From Winogradskyella sp. (GTDB taxonomy: Bacteria; Bacteroidota; Bacteroidia; Flavobacteriales; Flavobacteriaceae): a stretch of DNA of 64,000 nucleotides. The notes below the pieces were generated by a model. That model was not told the origin of the DNA. It worked only from the letters and a program-made list of their open reading frames with translations, and did no database searches. A program made the position numbers and the translations under genes. Shown one piece after another: positions 33,055 through 42,642 of the stretch (position 1 is its first letter; each line of letters starts with the position of its first letter). The stretch is from NCBI RefSeq assembly GCF_028282165.1, contig NZ_JANQIM010000037.1, positions 33,982 to 97,981 on the forward strand. The letters are read 5' to 3'.

Positions 33055-34068
33055 ATGCAAAATCTCGTATTATTTACTTCAAAAGATCGCGATACACTTT
33101 TAAAGACTCGTAAAGGAGAATCAAAATTTGGAGAACATGTTCGATTATTATCTAATCTCACTAACATATACGACGACATTAACAATTTAGATGTTGACTA
33201 CGTCATTTTTGGTATTACGGAAGATATCGGAGTTTATGCAAATTACGGAAAAACAGGGACTTACAAAGCATGGGGAGCTACAATAAAAGTTTTGTTAAAT
33301 ATCCAAAGTACCCACTTTACTAAGGCTAAACGTGTCCTGGTTTTAGGGCATTTGGATTATGGTACGGATCGGGAAATCGTCAATCAGGAATCCAATAAAA
33401 AGTCAATATCAAAAGCCCGAGAACTGGTAGAAACTATTGATAAAGATGTGGCTTACCTTGTATCGTCAATTGTTAAGGCAGGTAAAACTCCAATTATCAT
33501 TGGAGGAGGGCACAATAATGCCTACGGCAATATCAAAGGATTGGCTCTTGCAAAAAATGACAAGGTGAATGCTATTAATTTTGATGCCCATACAGACTTT
33601 AGACCAGAAGAAGGTAGACATAGTGGTAATGGTTTTAGTTATGCCTTTGCTGAAGGCTTTTTAAAAAACTATTTTGTTTTTGGATTGCATGAAAATTATA
33701 CATCCGACACCTTGTATAAAACCATAAAGAAGATAAAAAACATAAAGTACAATACTTACGAAGCTCTTGAAGTTAGAAATGAGTTAGGTTTTAATTCTGA
33801 AATGGAAAAAGCTATTGGGCATATCTCAGGAAAGTATTTTGGAGTAGAAATAGATTGCGATGCCATAGAAAACATCCCAAGTAGCGCAGAAACACCGAGC
33901 GGCTTTAGCACAAAACAAGCCAGACAGTTTGTACATTTTTTCGGAAAACATGAAAGAGCGGCTTATTTACATATTTGTGAAGCAGCACCAAGAAAAAAAT
34001 CGCAACAAAAAGTCGGTAAACTCATCACCTATTTAATCACTGATTTTATTAGGACAAATTGCAAATAA
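33055..34068 (+). CDS. hutG: arginase-family hydrolase, probable formimidoylglutamase
   Basis: 337 aa with IIGGGHNNAYG, DAHTDFR and EIDCDAI metal-ligand motifs of the ureohydrolase family. It lies near hutI. Confidence 0.65.
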   Translation: MQNLVLFTSKDRDTLLKTRKGESKFGEHVRLLSNLTNIYDDINNLDVDYVIFGITEDIGVYANYGKTGTYKAWGATIKVLLNIQSTHFTKAKRVLVLGHLDYGTDREIVNQESNKKSISKARELVETIDKDVAYLVSSIVKAGKTPIIIGGGHNNAYGNIKGLALAKNDKVNAINFDAHTDFRPEEGRHSGNGFSYAFAEGFLKNYFVFGLHENYTSDTLYKTIKKIKNIKYNTYEALEVRNELGFNSEMEKAIGHISGKYFGVEIDCDAIENIPSSAETPSGFSTKQARQFVHFFGKHERAAYLHICEAAPRKKSQQKVGKLITYLITDFIRTNCK

Positions 34069-34142
34069 ATTATAGATTATTTTTGTGATGTTTTAAATAA
34101 CTGCTACATTTACATAAGTACTTATATAAATATTTATTTAAT

Positions 34143-35099
34143 ATGGATGCATTAAGAGGTTACGGAGCGCTGGGTCTAGGCTCGAGATTAAAAAGAGTAA
34201 GTGAATATATGATGCGCGAAACACAACTTGTATATAACGCTTATAATATAGACTTTGACCCTTACCTATTCCCTGTTTTTAAGACCATTAGTCATTATAA
34301 CGGCATTACAAACACAGAACTCGTGGAGCAGCTAAAATTCACCCAGCCAGCTATTACTCAATTTGTAAATAAGCTCAACAAAAAAGGATATATAAAACAA
34401 CGCAACGATAAAACAGATAAGCGTAAGAAAATCATTCTTTTAACCAAAAAGGGAGAGAATTTATTGATTAATATAAAACCTATCTGGAATGCTATAGAAA
34501 AAACGGTAGATGAAACAGTTAATCATAAATCAGATTCCTTAATAGATCAAATAAATCTACTGGAAGATAGTTTTAAAACAATCGACTTTAATACGATGAT
34601 ACTAAATAATATAGAGGCCAGTATTGCCGGTCAAATTACAATAAATGATTATAAAACCGAATACAAACAAGCCTTTTACGATCTCAATATTGAATGGCTA
34701 AAAACTTTCTTTTATGTGGAACCCTTTGATGAAGACGTTCTTAGCAAGCCCGAAATGTATATCATAAATAAAGGTGGTTTTATATTCTTCGCGTTAAAGA
34801 ATGAACACGTTGTAGGCACCGTTGCCCTTATGCCAACCGAAGAACAAGGTGTCTTAGAACTTACTAAAATGGCTGTATTACCTCACCAGCGCGGTCAGAA
34901 AATTGGTCAACAACTATTACAGCATTGCATAGATTTTGCAAAGGTCAAAGAATTAAAAGCACTAATGCTCTACTCTAATACAAAACTGGAAAATGCCATC
35001 TATCTATACCGAAAGTATGGATTTAAGGAATTGGAGTTAGAAAAGAATAGACCTTATAAACGCTCTAATATAAAGATGCGATTAGAACTTAAAGCTTAA
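34143..35099 (+). CDS. bifunctional MarR-type HTH regulator / GNAT N-acetyltransferase
   Basis: 318 aa with an N-terminal winged-HTH (LKFTQPAITQFVNKLNKKGYIKQ) and a C-terminal GNAT motif (QRGQKIGQQLLQH...YRKYGF). Confidence 0.75.
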   Translation: MDALRGYGALGLGSRLKRVSEYMMRETQLVYNAYNIDFDPYLFPVFKTISHYNGITNTELVEQLKFTQPAITQFVNKLNKKGYIKQRNDKTDKRKKIILLTKKGENLLINIKPIWNAIEKTVDETVNHKSDSLIDQINLLEDSFKTIDFNTMILNNIEASIAGQITINDYKTEYKQAFYDLNIEWLKTFFYVEPFDEDVLSKPEMYIINKGGFIFFALKNEHVVGTVALMPTEEQGVLELTKMAVLPHQRGQKIGQQLLQHCIDFAKVKELKALMLYSNTKLENAIYLYRKYGFKELELEKNRPYKRSNIKMRLELKA

Positions 35100-36744
35100 A
35101 TTTTACCTTTAGATAATCGAATGCACCTTTGATATTCTCGAAGATGTGTTCCTCTGAAATCAAATCGGGTACAATATCTATAGAGATCAACTTATCTTTG
35201 GGCTGTTCTTGTAGGGCGGTAAGCAATACTTTAACTCCCTTCTTTTCCAAGTCCATAACTGCATTCTCCAAGGCGTATAAACCCGATTGATCTATATACG
35301 GTACACGATCCATCCGAATAATCAAGGCTTTTACCTCTTCTGGTATATTCTTTATTTCATTCTGAAAATGAGAGGTAAATCCAAAAAATAGTGGCCCATA
35401 TAAATGTTTAATATATACTTTATCCTTGTAATTATTATAGAATTCAACTTCATCTTGCCATGGTTTTTCACCATCAAAACCAGCTAAAGTTCCGACTTCC
35501 ATACCTTTTTCTCCAATATCACTTGCTTGCTTCATAAATAAAAGACAAGCTAATAATAGACCCATTCCAACGGCTTGTATTAAACTGCCAAATGTTGTTA
35601 CTAGAAGAACCAGGATTAGGACAAACGCATCGGCTCTAGGTACTGCCAACAAATGCTTTAATCCCTTGGTATCCACAATCTTAAACCCTATTGGGATTAA
35701 CAAGCCCGCAAGTACAGACAGAGGAATATAACCTGCTAATTTGCCTAAACCAAGGAGCACGGCCAAAAGCACCAAACCATGTATAGTTCCAGAAACACGG
35801 GTTCTACCACCTGAGTTAATATTAACTACAGTTCCCTTGGTTGCACCAGCACCAGGAATACCACCAAAAATTGCTGCTATTGAGTTTCCGATACCTTGAC
35901 CAATCAACTCTCTATTACTGTTATGCTTAGTTTTGGTCATATTGTCAGCAATGACTGAAGTTAGCAAAGAATCAATAGAGCCTAAAATTGCCAGTACGGT
36001 AGCATATTCGCCTATAAGCATATAAGCACTTGCATCTATTGAAAAAATACCATCGATCTGCAAAGAAGGTAATCCTGATGGAATATCACCAATGATAGGT
36101 ACATCCCACTTAAGAAAAAAGCCAACAACAGAAGCGACGATTAAAGCTACTAACGCACTTGGTATGACTTTGGTGATGTAAGGAAATACATAGTAAATCA
36201 CAACTGTTAAAGCTCCCAATGAGAGTGCCTGCCAATTAAAATCCGAAAACAAACGTGGTAAATCCTGAATAACCAACCAAGTGGATTTTGCGGAATCGAG
36301 CCCCACAAAAGGGAATAACTGAAGTATTACGATAATTAGTCCAACCCCACTCATAAAGCCAGAGACTACGGGATAAGGAAAATATTTTACATAACTGGCG
36401 ATGTTTAGAAACCCAAATATAATTTGAAAGATACCTCCAAGCAAAAATGTAAGAATAATGATAGGCATGGCTGCTTCTAAGCTTCCTGTAAGCTCAATTG
36501 CTGCAGCTACGAGCGCAGCCGAAACCACGGTCATTGGTCCTGTTGGTCCACTGGCTTGTGTCGCCGTGCCACCAAATATGGCCGCAAAAATTCCAACAGC
36601 TATGGCGCCATAAAGACCTGCAATAGCACCAAGTCCGGATTGTACACCAAAAGCCAAAGCTAATGGCAAGGCTACAACACCTGCGACTAAACCACCTGTT
36701 AAGTCTCCCTTAAAATATTTAAAATCGTAATATTTTGAAATCAT
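35089..36744 (-). CDS. SulP-family anion transporter with C-terminal STAS domain
   Basis: 551 aa with a multi-TM core (GLVAGVVALPLALAFG...) and a C-terminal STAS domain (IRMDRVPYIDQSGLYALE). Confidence 0.9.
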   Translation of the reverse strand: MISKYYDFKYFKGDLTGGLVAGVVALPLALAFGVQSGLGAIAGLYGAIAVGIFAAIFGGTATQASGPTGPMTVVSAALVAAAIELTGSLEAAMPIIILTFLLGGIFQIIFGFLNIASYVKYFPYPVVSGFMSGVGLIIVILQLFPFVGLDSAKSTWLVIQDLPRLFSDFNWQALSLGALTVVIYYVFPYITKVIPSALVALIVASVVGFFLKWDVPIIGDIPSGLPSLQIDGIFSIDASAYMLIGEYATVLAILGSIDSLLTSVIADNMTKTKHNSNRELIGQGIGNSIAAIFGGIPGAGATKGTVVNINSGGRTRVSGTIHGLVLLAVLLGLGKLAGYIPLSVLAGLLIPIGFKIVDTKGLKHLLAVPRADAFVLILVLLVTTFGSLIQAVGMGLLLACLLFMKQASDIGEKGMEVGTLAGFDGEKPWQDEVEFYNNYKDKVYIKHLYGPLFFGFTSHFQNEIKNIPEEVKALIIRMDRVPYIDQSGLYALENAVMDLEKKGVKVLLTALQEQPKDKLISIDIVPDLISEEHIFENIKGAFDYLKVKFKL

Positions 36745-36778
36745 AAGTACGGATTAGTTAGTGAAATATAAAAGTAAA

Positions 36779-36844
36779 ACCTTTCAGGTAAAAATAGAAC
36801 TTTAATAAACTTAGCAGATTGTATAATGTTCTAACCTGAAAGGT
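36779..36844. repeat. long hairpin in the gap upstream of the SulP gene
   Basis: Perfect 11-bp arms acctttcaggt/acctgaaaggt plus inner agaac/gttct. Confidence 0.5.
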
Positions 36845-36878
36845 CAATTATAATTATTAGGAACAATTAACTATCATT

Positions 36879-37391
36879 CTAGTTATTTGGGTTATATGGC
36901 AAAGAAGATTTGTGAACTACGATTCGTAATTTACCTTCTCTATCTTTTACATATCCCAAGGTATATTCTACTTTAACTTCATCACCATCCGTTGTTGTAA
37001 AGAAATAGTTTCCCATAGCAACAGCCATGTTTGTTCCGCCATTAATGATACCGATATTTTTCCAACGTACTTTTGTCCAAGGTTTTATTGCAAATCCGCC
37101 ATCTTCTGGATACGTTTCATTTCCACCAACAAAATAAGACAAGGCAGCATCGAAGGTACCTCTAAATTGATCTTCTGAAGCTAATGTGGGCTTAAATAGC
37201 ACCATACCCAAATCATAAGCATAATGATTTTGAATGTGGTCAGATGCCGCTTTTTCGTAATCACCACCATCGGTGAATACTTTTCCAATATGCACAATAC
37301 CTTCACCCCAAGCTTTCTGTGCCGCTACAACCTCGGCTTCTGTAATGGGATCTGTAGAATAAACTGTCAATGTGTTTTCTTCTTGTTTCAT
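36879..37391 (-). CDS. NTF2-fold-like protein; candidate iota-class (COG4337-like) carbonic anhydrase
   Basis: 170 aa. It starts with an AAQKAWGEGIV motif and ends ...LRIVVHKSSLPY, resembling the H(H/K)SS motif reported for iota-CAs (from memory). It sits immediately upstream of SulP on the same strand. Confidence 0.35.
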   Translation of the reverse strand: MKQEENTLTVYSTDPITEAEVVAAQKAWGEGIVHIGKVFTDGGDYEKAASDHIQNHYAYDLGMVLFKPTLASEDQFRGTFDAALSYFVGGNETYPEDGGFAIKPWTKVRWKNIGIINGGTNMAVAMGNYFFTTTDGDEVKVEYTLGYVKDREGKLRIVVHKSSLPYNPNN

Positions 37392-37597
37392 TTTTTAGTT
37401 CTTACGTTAAATTGTTAATGTATAATGATTTTTTGTTTAAGAATTTCTGTTAAAATATTAGACAATAAAAATAAACGTTAAACAAATTTTACAAAAATAG
37501 CGATAGGAAATATTAACGTAAATTTATGATTTTAAAAGCCTAAGGCCTAGGACGTTTAAAGTAGCATTAATAGAATTGATTAGAAAAGAATAAAATA

Positions 37598-38359
37598 TTA
37601 ATCACCATCACCTTTAGGGTAACGATTATTAAAATCAATTTGTAAAGCTTCTTTAAGTGTTGAAGTAAACTGTCTTAACACATAATGTTCCAATACACAT
37701 TCGTTATAATAGTCTTCGAGTTGTTTGTGGTGAATATTTAGTCTTGGTATATGAATCCTATTTATTACAACTTCATGTTGTTTATAAATGCCTAAGATTT
37801 TTTTGTGTGAAACAATATTTATCCATTTATAATCTTTAGCATAATCCTTAATAAGCTCAATAATGAATCGCTTTTCTGGTCTGTTGTATTCGGCACCCGT
37901 TTTTAGATACCAATCATTAATAAAACGTATGTAATGATGTAAACTAACAGATCTCCCATAATCTACATTAGCTTTAGAAACTAATTTTAAAACCAAACTA
38001 GAAAACTTGTCCGTTCCTTTAGTCTGATTATTCAAAACATGAAAAAAGAAACCTTTATGCTTTTTTTTAAAAAGCCCGTTTATGTAAATTTTTTCATCTT
38101 CAAATTTTGCAAGTTGTAAACTTTTGGTTGTTAATAGGTTAAATAAAGTTAACCTAAAAGTCCATAATACTAGTTGTTCCCAATCCTTTTTTTCAGTTAA
38201 TGAAACAAAATTGAATTCAAAATTATGATCACGGTAGATAGCATATAGACCAACGTCATCGCAGAAATAATTATCAAAACTTATTTCAATAATGTCTTCG
38301 CTTAGCCTTTTACGTTTGTAGAAATAAAAATTAAAAAGCTTAAACCTTGATATAACCAA
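37598..38359 (-). CDS. hypothetical protein
   Basis: 253-aa ORF starting 10 nt downstream of the preceding gene. I recognise no family. Confidence 0.5.
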   Translation of the reverse strand: MVISRFKLFNFYFYKRKRLSEDIIEISFDNYFCDDVGLYAIYRDHNFEFNFVSLTEKKDWEQLVLWTFRLTLFNLLTTKSLQLAKFEDEKIYINGLFKKKHKGFFFHVLNNQTKGTDKFSSLVLKLVSKANVDYGRSVSLHHYIRFINDWYLKTGAEYNRPEKRFIIELIKDYAKDYKWINIVSHKKILGIYKQHEVVINRIHIPRLNIHHKQLEDYYNECVLEHYVLRQFTSTLKEALQIDFNNRYPKGDGD

Positions 38360-38369
38360 TTTGTCATTT

Positions 38370-40064
38370 TTAATTCCCGATAGCTTTTAAAGAATCGATC
38401 TGACGTTGCAATGCCTCAATCTGTTTGGTGTTATCATCCACTTTAGGAATGGCCATTAAAGAGTCTATGGCTTGCTCAATAATATCCTCATCTTTCGGTA
38501 TTTCTTGATAGTAATAGCCAATACCTTCCTCAGATCGCCAAGCTTCATTTAGTTGATTATAAACGGTTTCATCCCAAGTACTTGGATGTTTTACATCAAT
38601 CCAAACCACATCGCGATATTCACTATCTATCAATACCAAATCTGGTGTAGCAGAACCGTCGAACTGTTGGGCGTTTTGGGCACTTATAGAAGAAATGGTT
38701 CCCAAGAAAAACATGCGCTTTCTACCAGCAATATCTTTAATATAAGGCCTAAATTCTACTGGTGTACTTGCATTCCAATCGTATTCCTTACGCGATTCCT
38801 TAACCTTTAATGGCATGGCAGACACACCGGCATAACCCTGTTTTTTTGTTGCATGATCGTAATAATATAACCTATCGGTTCCATCTGCAGGAACAAAAAC
38901 ACTATAACTTAAGCTTGTACGTTCATCGCCAACAGGTTCTAAACCAAACCAATGGTACAATCCGCTGTAAGCATCCGAATTACTTCCGGCAAAATCAAAA
39001 TCGGTGACATAAGGTTGTTGATTCTGATCTTTTGGCATAAGAGGAATCTTAACGGCTGTTTCCATATTCCAAGGTAATGGATCACTAAAACCGCCTAAGA
39101 ACTTCAAGGATTCTGCTTGTAATTGCGATACTTTCTCCGATAGTGTATTTTGCTTCGTTAAGAAGTTATAGTTTTTGATATCATCTGGACTCACAAAAGT
39201 ACCCTTGCCTATGGTAATACGCTCTAGATAATCATTAAAATCGTGGTCGCCATTGTCTACAATCATAACGCCACCAAATGTTGGATAAGGGAAGAAAAAG
39301 CCTTTCCATTTGATTAAACTCACTACCTGTACCCAAGCGCCTTCGTCATTCTTCATATAAAAGGTATCGCTCGGCTCATAATTAAATAACATCCAAGGAT
39401 TGAATCGCTGCACTACAGCATTATATGTATTTCTACTAAACATCAGTGATTCGCCTATTGAAAAAATGACCTCAATACGGTTTTCATTTGAAAACCTTGG
39501 AAATGGCGTTGTACTGCTCACGGAAAACACCTCTTCCGTATTGTCACTAAATCGTTGCATCACATATTTTTCACTTGGCTGAATGGCCATTGTCCATTTA
39601 TTCTCTGTCCCGATTCTTACTAAATGTGGTAAAGACACATCTTTTGTCTCACCCACACTCTCGTTAGCCATAGAGAAAATATTGCGTAAGGGTTGAATGC
39701 GCTCGTTTTGCGTTAAAGGCAATTCATCTATTTCTACTCTATTAAGGTGATTAAAAACATTATAGGTTTTCATGTAGTCATAGAGTCCTTGATTCCAACC
39801 CAAAAAATATAGTAGCCCAAAAAATATAATTAGTAATCCTAAAATGCTTAAACGTCCACCTGTACTAGCTGTTTTTCTGAATTTTCTAAGGCCTAGTATT
39901 AAAACCAATAGACTTACAAGAATTATGAATATATACTTTCTTAGAAATAGTAAAACGGGTTGATAGTCATCCCTGAAAAAGAAGAGTGCGAGCACGAGCA
40001 AAACTCCAACAATTACGACAATTCGCTTTTGTTTTGCGCCTTTATTCCAATAGTTTTTTATCAT
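38370..40064 (-). CDS. membrane-anchored large protein, unknown function
   Basis: 564 aa with 3 N-terminal TM helices, a ~430-aa soluble domain and a C-terminal coiled coil (QIEALQRQIDSLKA). Confidence 0.6.
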   Translation of the reverse strand: MIKNYWNKGAKQKRIVVIVGVLLVLALFFFRDDYQPVLLFLRKYIFIILVSLLVLILGLRKFRKTASTGGRLSILGLLIIFFGLLYFLGWNQGLYDYMKTYNVFNHLNRVEIDELPLTQNERIQPLRNIFSMANESVGETKDVSLPHLVRIGTENKWTMAIQPSEKYVMQRFSDNTEEVFSVSSTTPFPRFSNENRIEVIFSIGESLMFSRNTYNAVVQRFNPWMLFNYEPSDTFYMKNDEGAWVQVVSLIKWKGFFFPYPTFGGVMIVDNGDHDFNDYLERITIGKGTFVSPDDIKNYNFLTKQNTLSEKVSQLQAESLKFLGGFSDPLPWNMETAVKIPLMPKDQNQQPYVTDFDFAGSNSDAYSGLYHWFGLEPVGDERTSLSYSVFVPADGTDRLYYYDHATKKQGYAGVSAMPLKVKESRKEYDWNASTPVEFRPYIKDIAGRKRMFFLGTISSISAQNAQQFDGSATPDLVLIDSEYRDVVWIDVKHPSTWDETVYNQLNEAWRSEEGIGYYYQEIPKDEDIIEQAIDSLMAIPKVDDNTKQIEALQRQIDSLKAIGN

Positions 40065-40178
40065 GGTTATTTGTCATTGCGAATCCCAAAGTTTTGGGAT
40101 GTGGCAATCTTTTGATTTATAGTTAAATTTGCAATTTAAAAAGATTACTTTGTCATTTCATTCATCGTAATGACATTT
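40065..40178. repeat. REP-like hairpin cluster (gtcattgcg...atcccaaagttttgggat...ggcaatc; gtcatt...aatgac)
   Basis: Nested inverted repeats of the '..gcaatgac' type, also seen at 41279-41316. Confidence 0.5.
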
Positions 40179-40727
40179 TTACATCAAACCTTTATCCTTC
40201 AAACGGTCACGTGCACTTTTCTTTTCCACTTCTGGTTCGGTTTCTGGTTGCATATCCTCTTTGGGTTCTTCAACAATCTTATCGGTATCTGGTTTTAAAT
40301 CTTCAATTAAGTCTTTACCTTTTTCCACAGCATCAGTCACCAAATCGCCTAGGGAATCACTTTTCTCTTCAATAACTTTAGATGATTTTATTACAAAACT
40401 TGCCAAGTAAGTTCCAATTATAGTTCCTGTGGCAAAGGTTGCTAAACCAGATAAACCATAGAAGTTTGTAAATACTTTAATTGGCGTTAAGAATTGGAGA
40501 ATTAGTCCAATAATTAGAAGCGAAATAACTACAAATAGTAATCTTGGTATAAATGGCTGCTTATAGATAAATCCTTTAGGGTTATCGTCACTCATCTGGA
40601 GTTCTTTACTATTCATTATTTTATTGATAAATCGATAAGCGCCGTTTCCATTAGATTCTCGCCAATATATAAAAATCCCTACTAGAATAGCAGAAACAAA
40701 AATTATGATGTCAATTCCTAATCCCAT
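40179..40727 (-). CDS. membrane protein with acidic C-terminal tail, unknown function
   Basis: 182 aa with 3 TM segments and a C-terminus rich in E/K/D/P. Confidence 0.55.
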   Translation of the reverse strand: MGLGIDIIIFVSAILVGIFIYWRESNGNGAYRFINKIMNSKELQMSDDNPKGFIYKQPFIPRLLFVVISLLIIGLILQFLTPIKVFTNFYGLSGLATFATGTIIGTYLASFVIKSSKVIEEKSDSLGDLVTDAVEKGKDLIEDLKPDTDKIVEEPKEDMQPETEPEVEKKSARDRLKDKGLM

Positions 40728-40740
40728 TTTTAAAAAGTTA

Positions 40741-40768
40741 GAAGGTAGAAGAACGAAGCCTGAAGTTC
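40741..40768. repeat. heptamer array (GAAGNNN)x4, flank of four-helix-bundle gene 1
   Basis: GAAG occurs at 40741, 40748, 40755 and 40762, an exact 7-nt period. Confidence 0.85.
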
Positions 40769-40781
40769 GTTATTACCTTTA

Positions 40782-41138
40782 TTAATGTTTTATCTTATTT
40801 CTGAATGCTATAGTCATATTCATTGAATCAAAACAGTCCTTATAATAGTTCTCAAATGTTTTTGTTTTCAAATAATTTCTTCTATTTGCTTTATGCAAAC
40901 ATGTTACTACTTCCGCAATAGATCGAATCGAATATCCCAAAAACTTTCTATATTCTGGTCCTGATTGCAAAATAGATCCTTCAGAAATATTTAATGCTAT
41001 AGAATCTGAAGCTCTTCGTAATTGAGAAGATAAATTAAAGTTTTCCTTATCAGGAAACAAATCAGCAAGCTCATTCATATCATCTCCCAAATCCATTGCT
41101 TTTTGCCAAATTAACAAATCTTCAAACCTAAACTTCAT
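40782..41138 (-). CDS. four-helix-bundle protein (23S rRNA intervening-sequence protein family, Avd-related)
   Basis: 118 aa with MKFRFEDLLIWQKAMDL...QLRRASDSIALNISEG, characteristic of the TIGR02436/PF05635-type family. Confidence 0.8.
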   Translation of the reverse strand: MKFRFEDLLIWQKAMDLGDDMNELADLFPDKENFNLSSQLRRASDSIALNISEGSILQSGPEYRKFLGYSIRSIAEVVTCLHKANRRNYLKTKTFENYYKDCFDSMNMTIAFRNKIKH

Positions 41139-41179
41139 AATATTAGTATAGAAAAATCAATTTTTGTTACTATAGACAT

Positions 41180-41277
41180 CTTCCAACTTCAAACTTCAAA
41201 CTACAAACTCCAAACTTCTCACTTCTCACTTCCGACTCCAAATACCCAAAACCAAAAACCCAAATGCCAAACTCAAA
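41180..41277. repeat. heptamer array, 14 units of (CTTC-like + NAA), inverted relative to 40741-40768
   Basis: cttc caa cttc aaa cttc aaa ctac aaa ctcc aaa cttc tca cttc tca cttc cga ctcc aaa tacc caa aacc aaa aacc caa atgc caa actc aaa. This is 98 nt = 14 x 7, almost G-free on the plus strand. Confidence 0.85.
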
Positions 41278-41278
41278 A

Positions 41279-41316
41279 GATTGCTTCGTCCCAAACGTCC
41301 TTGCAATGACACGCGC
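41279..41316. repeat. REP-like element (gattgcttcgtcccaaacgtccttgcaatgac) splitting the heptamer array
   Basis: It has the '..ttgcaatgac' terminus. Heptamers resume at 41331-41351 (ctcc aaa ctcc taa cttc taa). Confidence 0.45.
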
Positions 41317-41351
41317 ATTATTATTTTGTACTCCAAACTCCTAACTTCTAA

Positions 41352-42587
41352 CTATATGTTACTACTAATCGTTTCTATCACCCAATCCTTAAATGAATCA
41401 TTCCATGTCTCATAACTCTTGTAAAACTGTTCTTTATCGTACCAATACAAAAACAAAACATCCTTGGGCGAAATGTTAACTAACAGTTTATGTATTAAAT
41501 CACGATGCTTCGTTGACAGTGATGAATGTGGCTGATGCAAAGCAAAATATATGGCTTGATCTACCATATCCTCAATTTTATAGGCATTACTGCGCTCAAG
41601 CCTCTCAAGGTAAAGCTCAGCTCCCATTATTTGTTTTCGGGATTTGATATCTATTTTGTTGAGATAACTCCTAAACAAGGACTTGCTATCAAGGATTTCT
41701 TTTATCGGATGCTCTGCATCTTTAAGCAATTGGTATAGTTCAAATTTTTTAATGCGATCGTAATTGGGTGTTGTTACCATATACTCCAAATCACATTCGA
41801 TAATGATATGGCTCTTTAATTTATCGACCAGTTCTGGTTGGTTTATGTGGTATATCAGAACATCATGAATGGTATCTTTAATGGCTTCTTTATAGACCTT
41901 ATCACTTTCAAAAACCAAAATGGGCTTAATGAAGTCCCTCAATAAGTAAACACCACCAAAGGCCCTCGTATAAAAGGAATCAGTAGAAAAATGCAACGGA
42001 CCGAGGTTTAAATCCCTATTGCGCAAATCGCCATAAGTCTTTGCAGAATCCAACAACTCTTTATGTATTTGTTCATCAATAAAATTATTTTCTGTTTTAA
42101 ACTTATCGACGAGTTTTAGTTGTTCTTTTTGCTTTTCTTCGAGATTATCTATTAGTCTAAAAGTAATACTTACATCTTCATATTTTAAAACATCCAAGGG
42201 CTCATAAAACACGTCAATATCCTGGTCAAAATCAATACAAATAGCAGAATCTCTCGTAATATCATTTATTTTGCTTCCGTGTGTTCTGAAGATATGTAGC
42301 ATCATTTCCCTATCGAAGGAATGAAACGGTAAATAAACGGGTTTTCCTTTTTGCAATGGTGAGATAATGATGCCATGTGGATTAGCATCACCATGATTTA
42401 AATAATGAACATCATTTTTTTCTTCTGCAACCTCAGGACTCCAACCCACACCATCAATAGAAAAAGATTTGAGCTTTGTTGCTTTAAATCCTAGAGTTTT
42501 CAAGCACTTATTGTAACGCTCCACCAACTTTCCGCTTACGGGAATAAGTTCACTTCTATATAGATTTGCTTGTTTTAATTTGTCCAT
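41352..42587 (-). CDS. hypothetical protein (411 aa), operon member
   Basis: The track ORF extends to 42647, but its first 20 codons (MSFLRKQESQ...) translate the REP hairpins. MDKLKQANLY at 42587 is the likely start. Confidence 0.55.
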   Translation of the reverse strand: MDKLKQANLYRSELIPVSGKLVERYNKCLKTLGFKATKLKSFSIDGVGWSPEVAEEKNDVHYLNHGDANPHGIIISPLQKGKPVYLPFHSFDREMMLHIFRTHGSKINDITRDSAICIDFDQDIDVFYEPLDVLKYEDVSITFRLIDNLEEKQKEQLKLVDKFKTENNFIDEQIHKELLDSAKTYGDLRNRDLNLGPLHFSTDSFYTRAFGGVYLLRDFIKPILVFESDKVYKEAIKDTIHDVLIYHINQPELVDKLKSHIIIECDLEYMVTTPNYDRIKKFELYQLLKDAEHPIKEILDSKSLFRSYLNKIDIKSRKQIMGAELYLERLERSNAYKIEDMVDQAIYFALHQPHSSLSTKHRDLIHKLLVNISPKDVLFLYWYDKEQFYKSYETWNDSFKDWVIETISSNI

Positions 42588-42590
42588 TTT

Positions 42591-42642
42591 ATTGCCGCGA
42601 AAGCGGTAATCTTTATCTTGAGATTCCTGCTTTCGCAGGAAT
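42591..42642. repeat. twin REP-like hairpins attgccgcGAAAgcggtaat / attcctgcTTTCgcaggaat
   Basis: Two 7-8-bp stems with tetraloops, 12 nt apart. Confidence 0.6.

Noticed and set aside
41180-41277. Interpreting the heptamer arrays as a coding low-complexity region or a simple microsatellite
   Set aside because: No ORF covers them. Only 4 of 7 positions are conserved per unit, and they occur as inverted pairs around genes, unlike slippage-type microsatellites.
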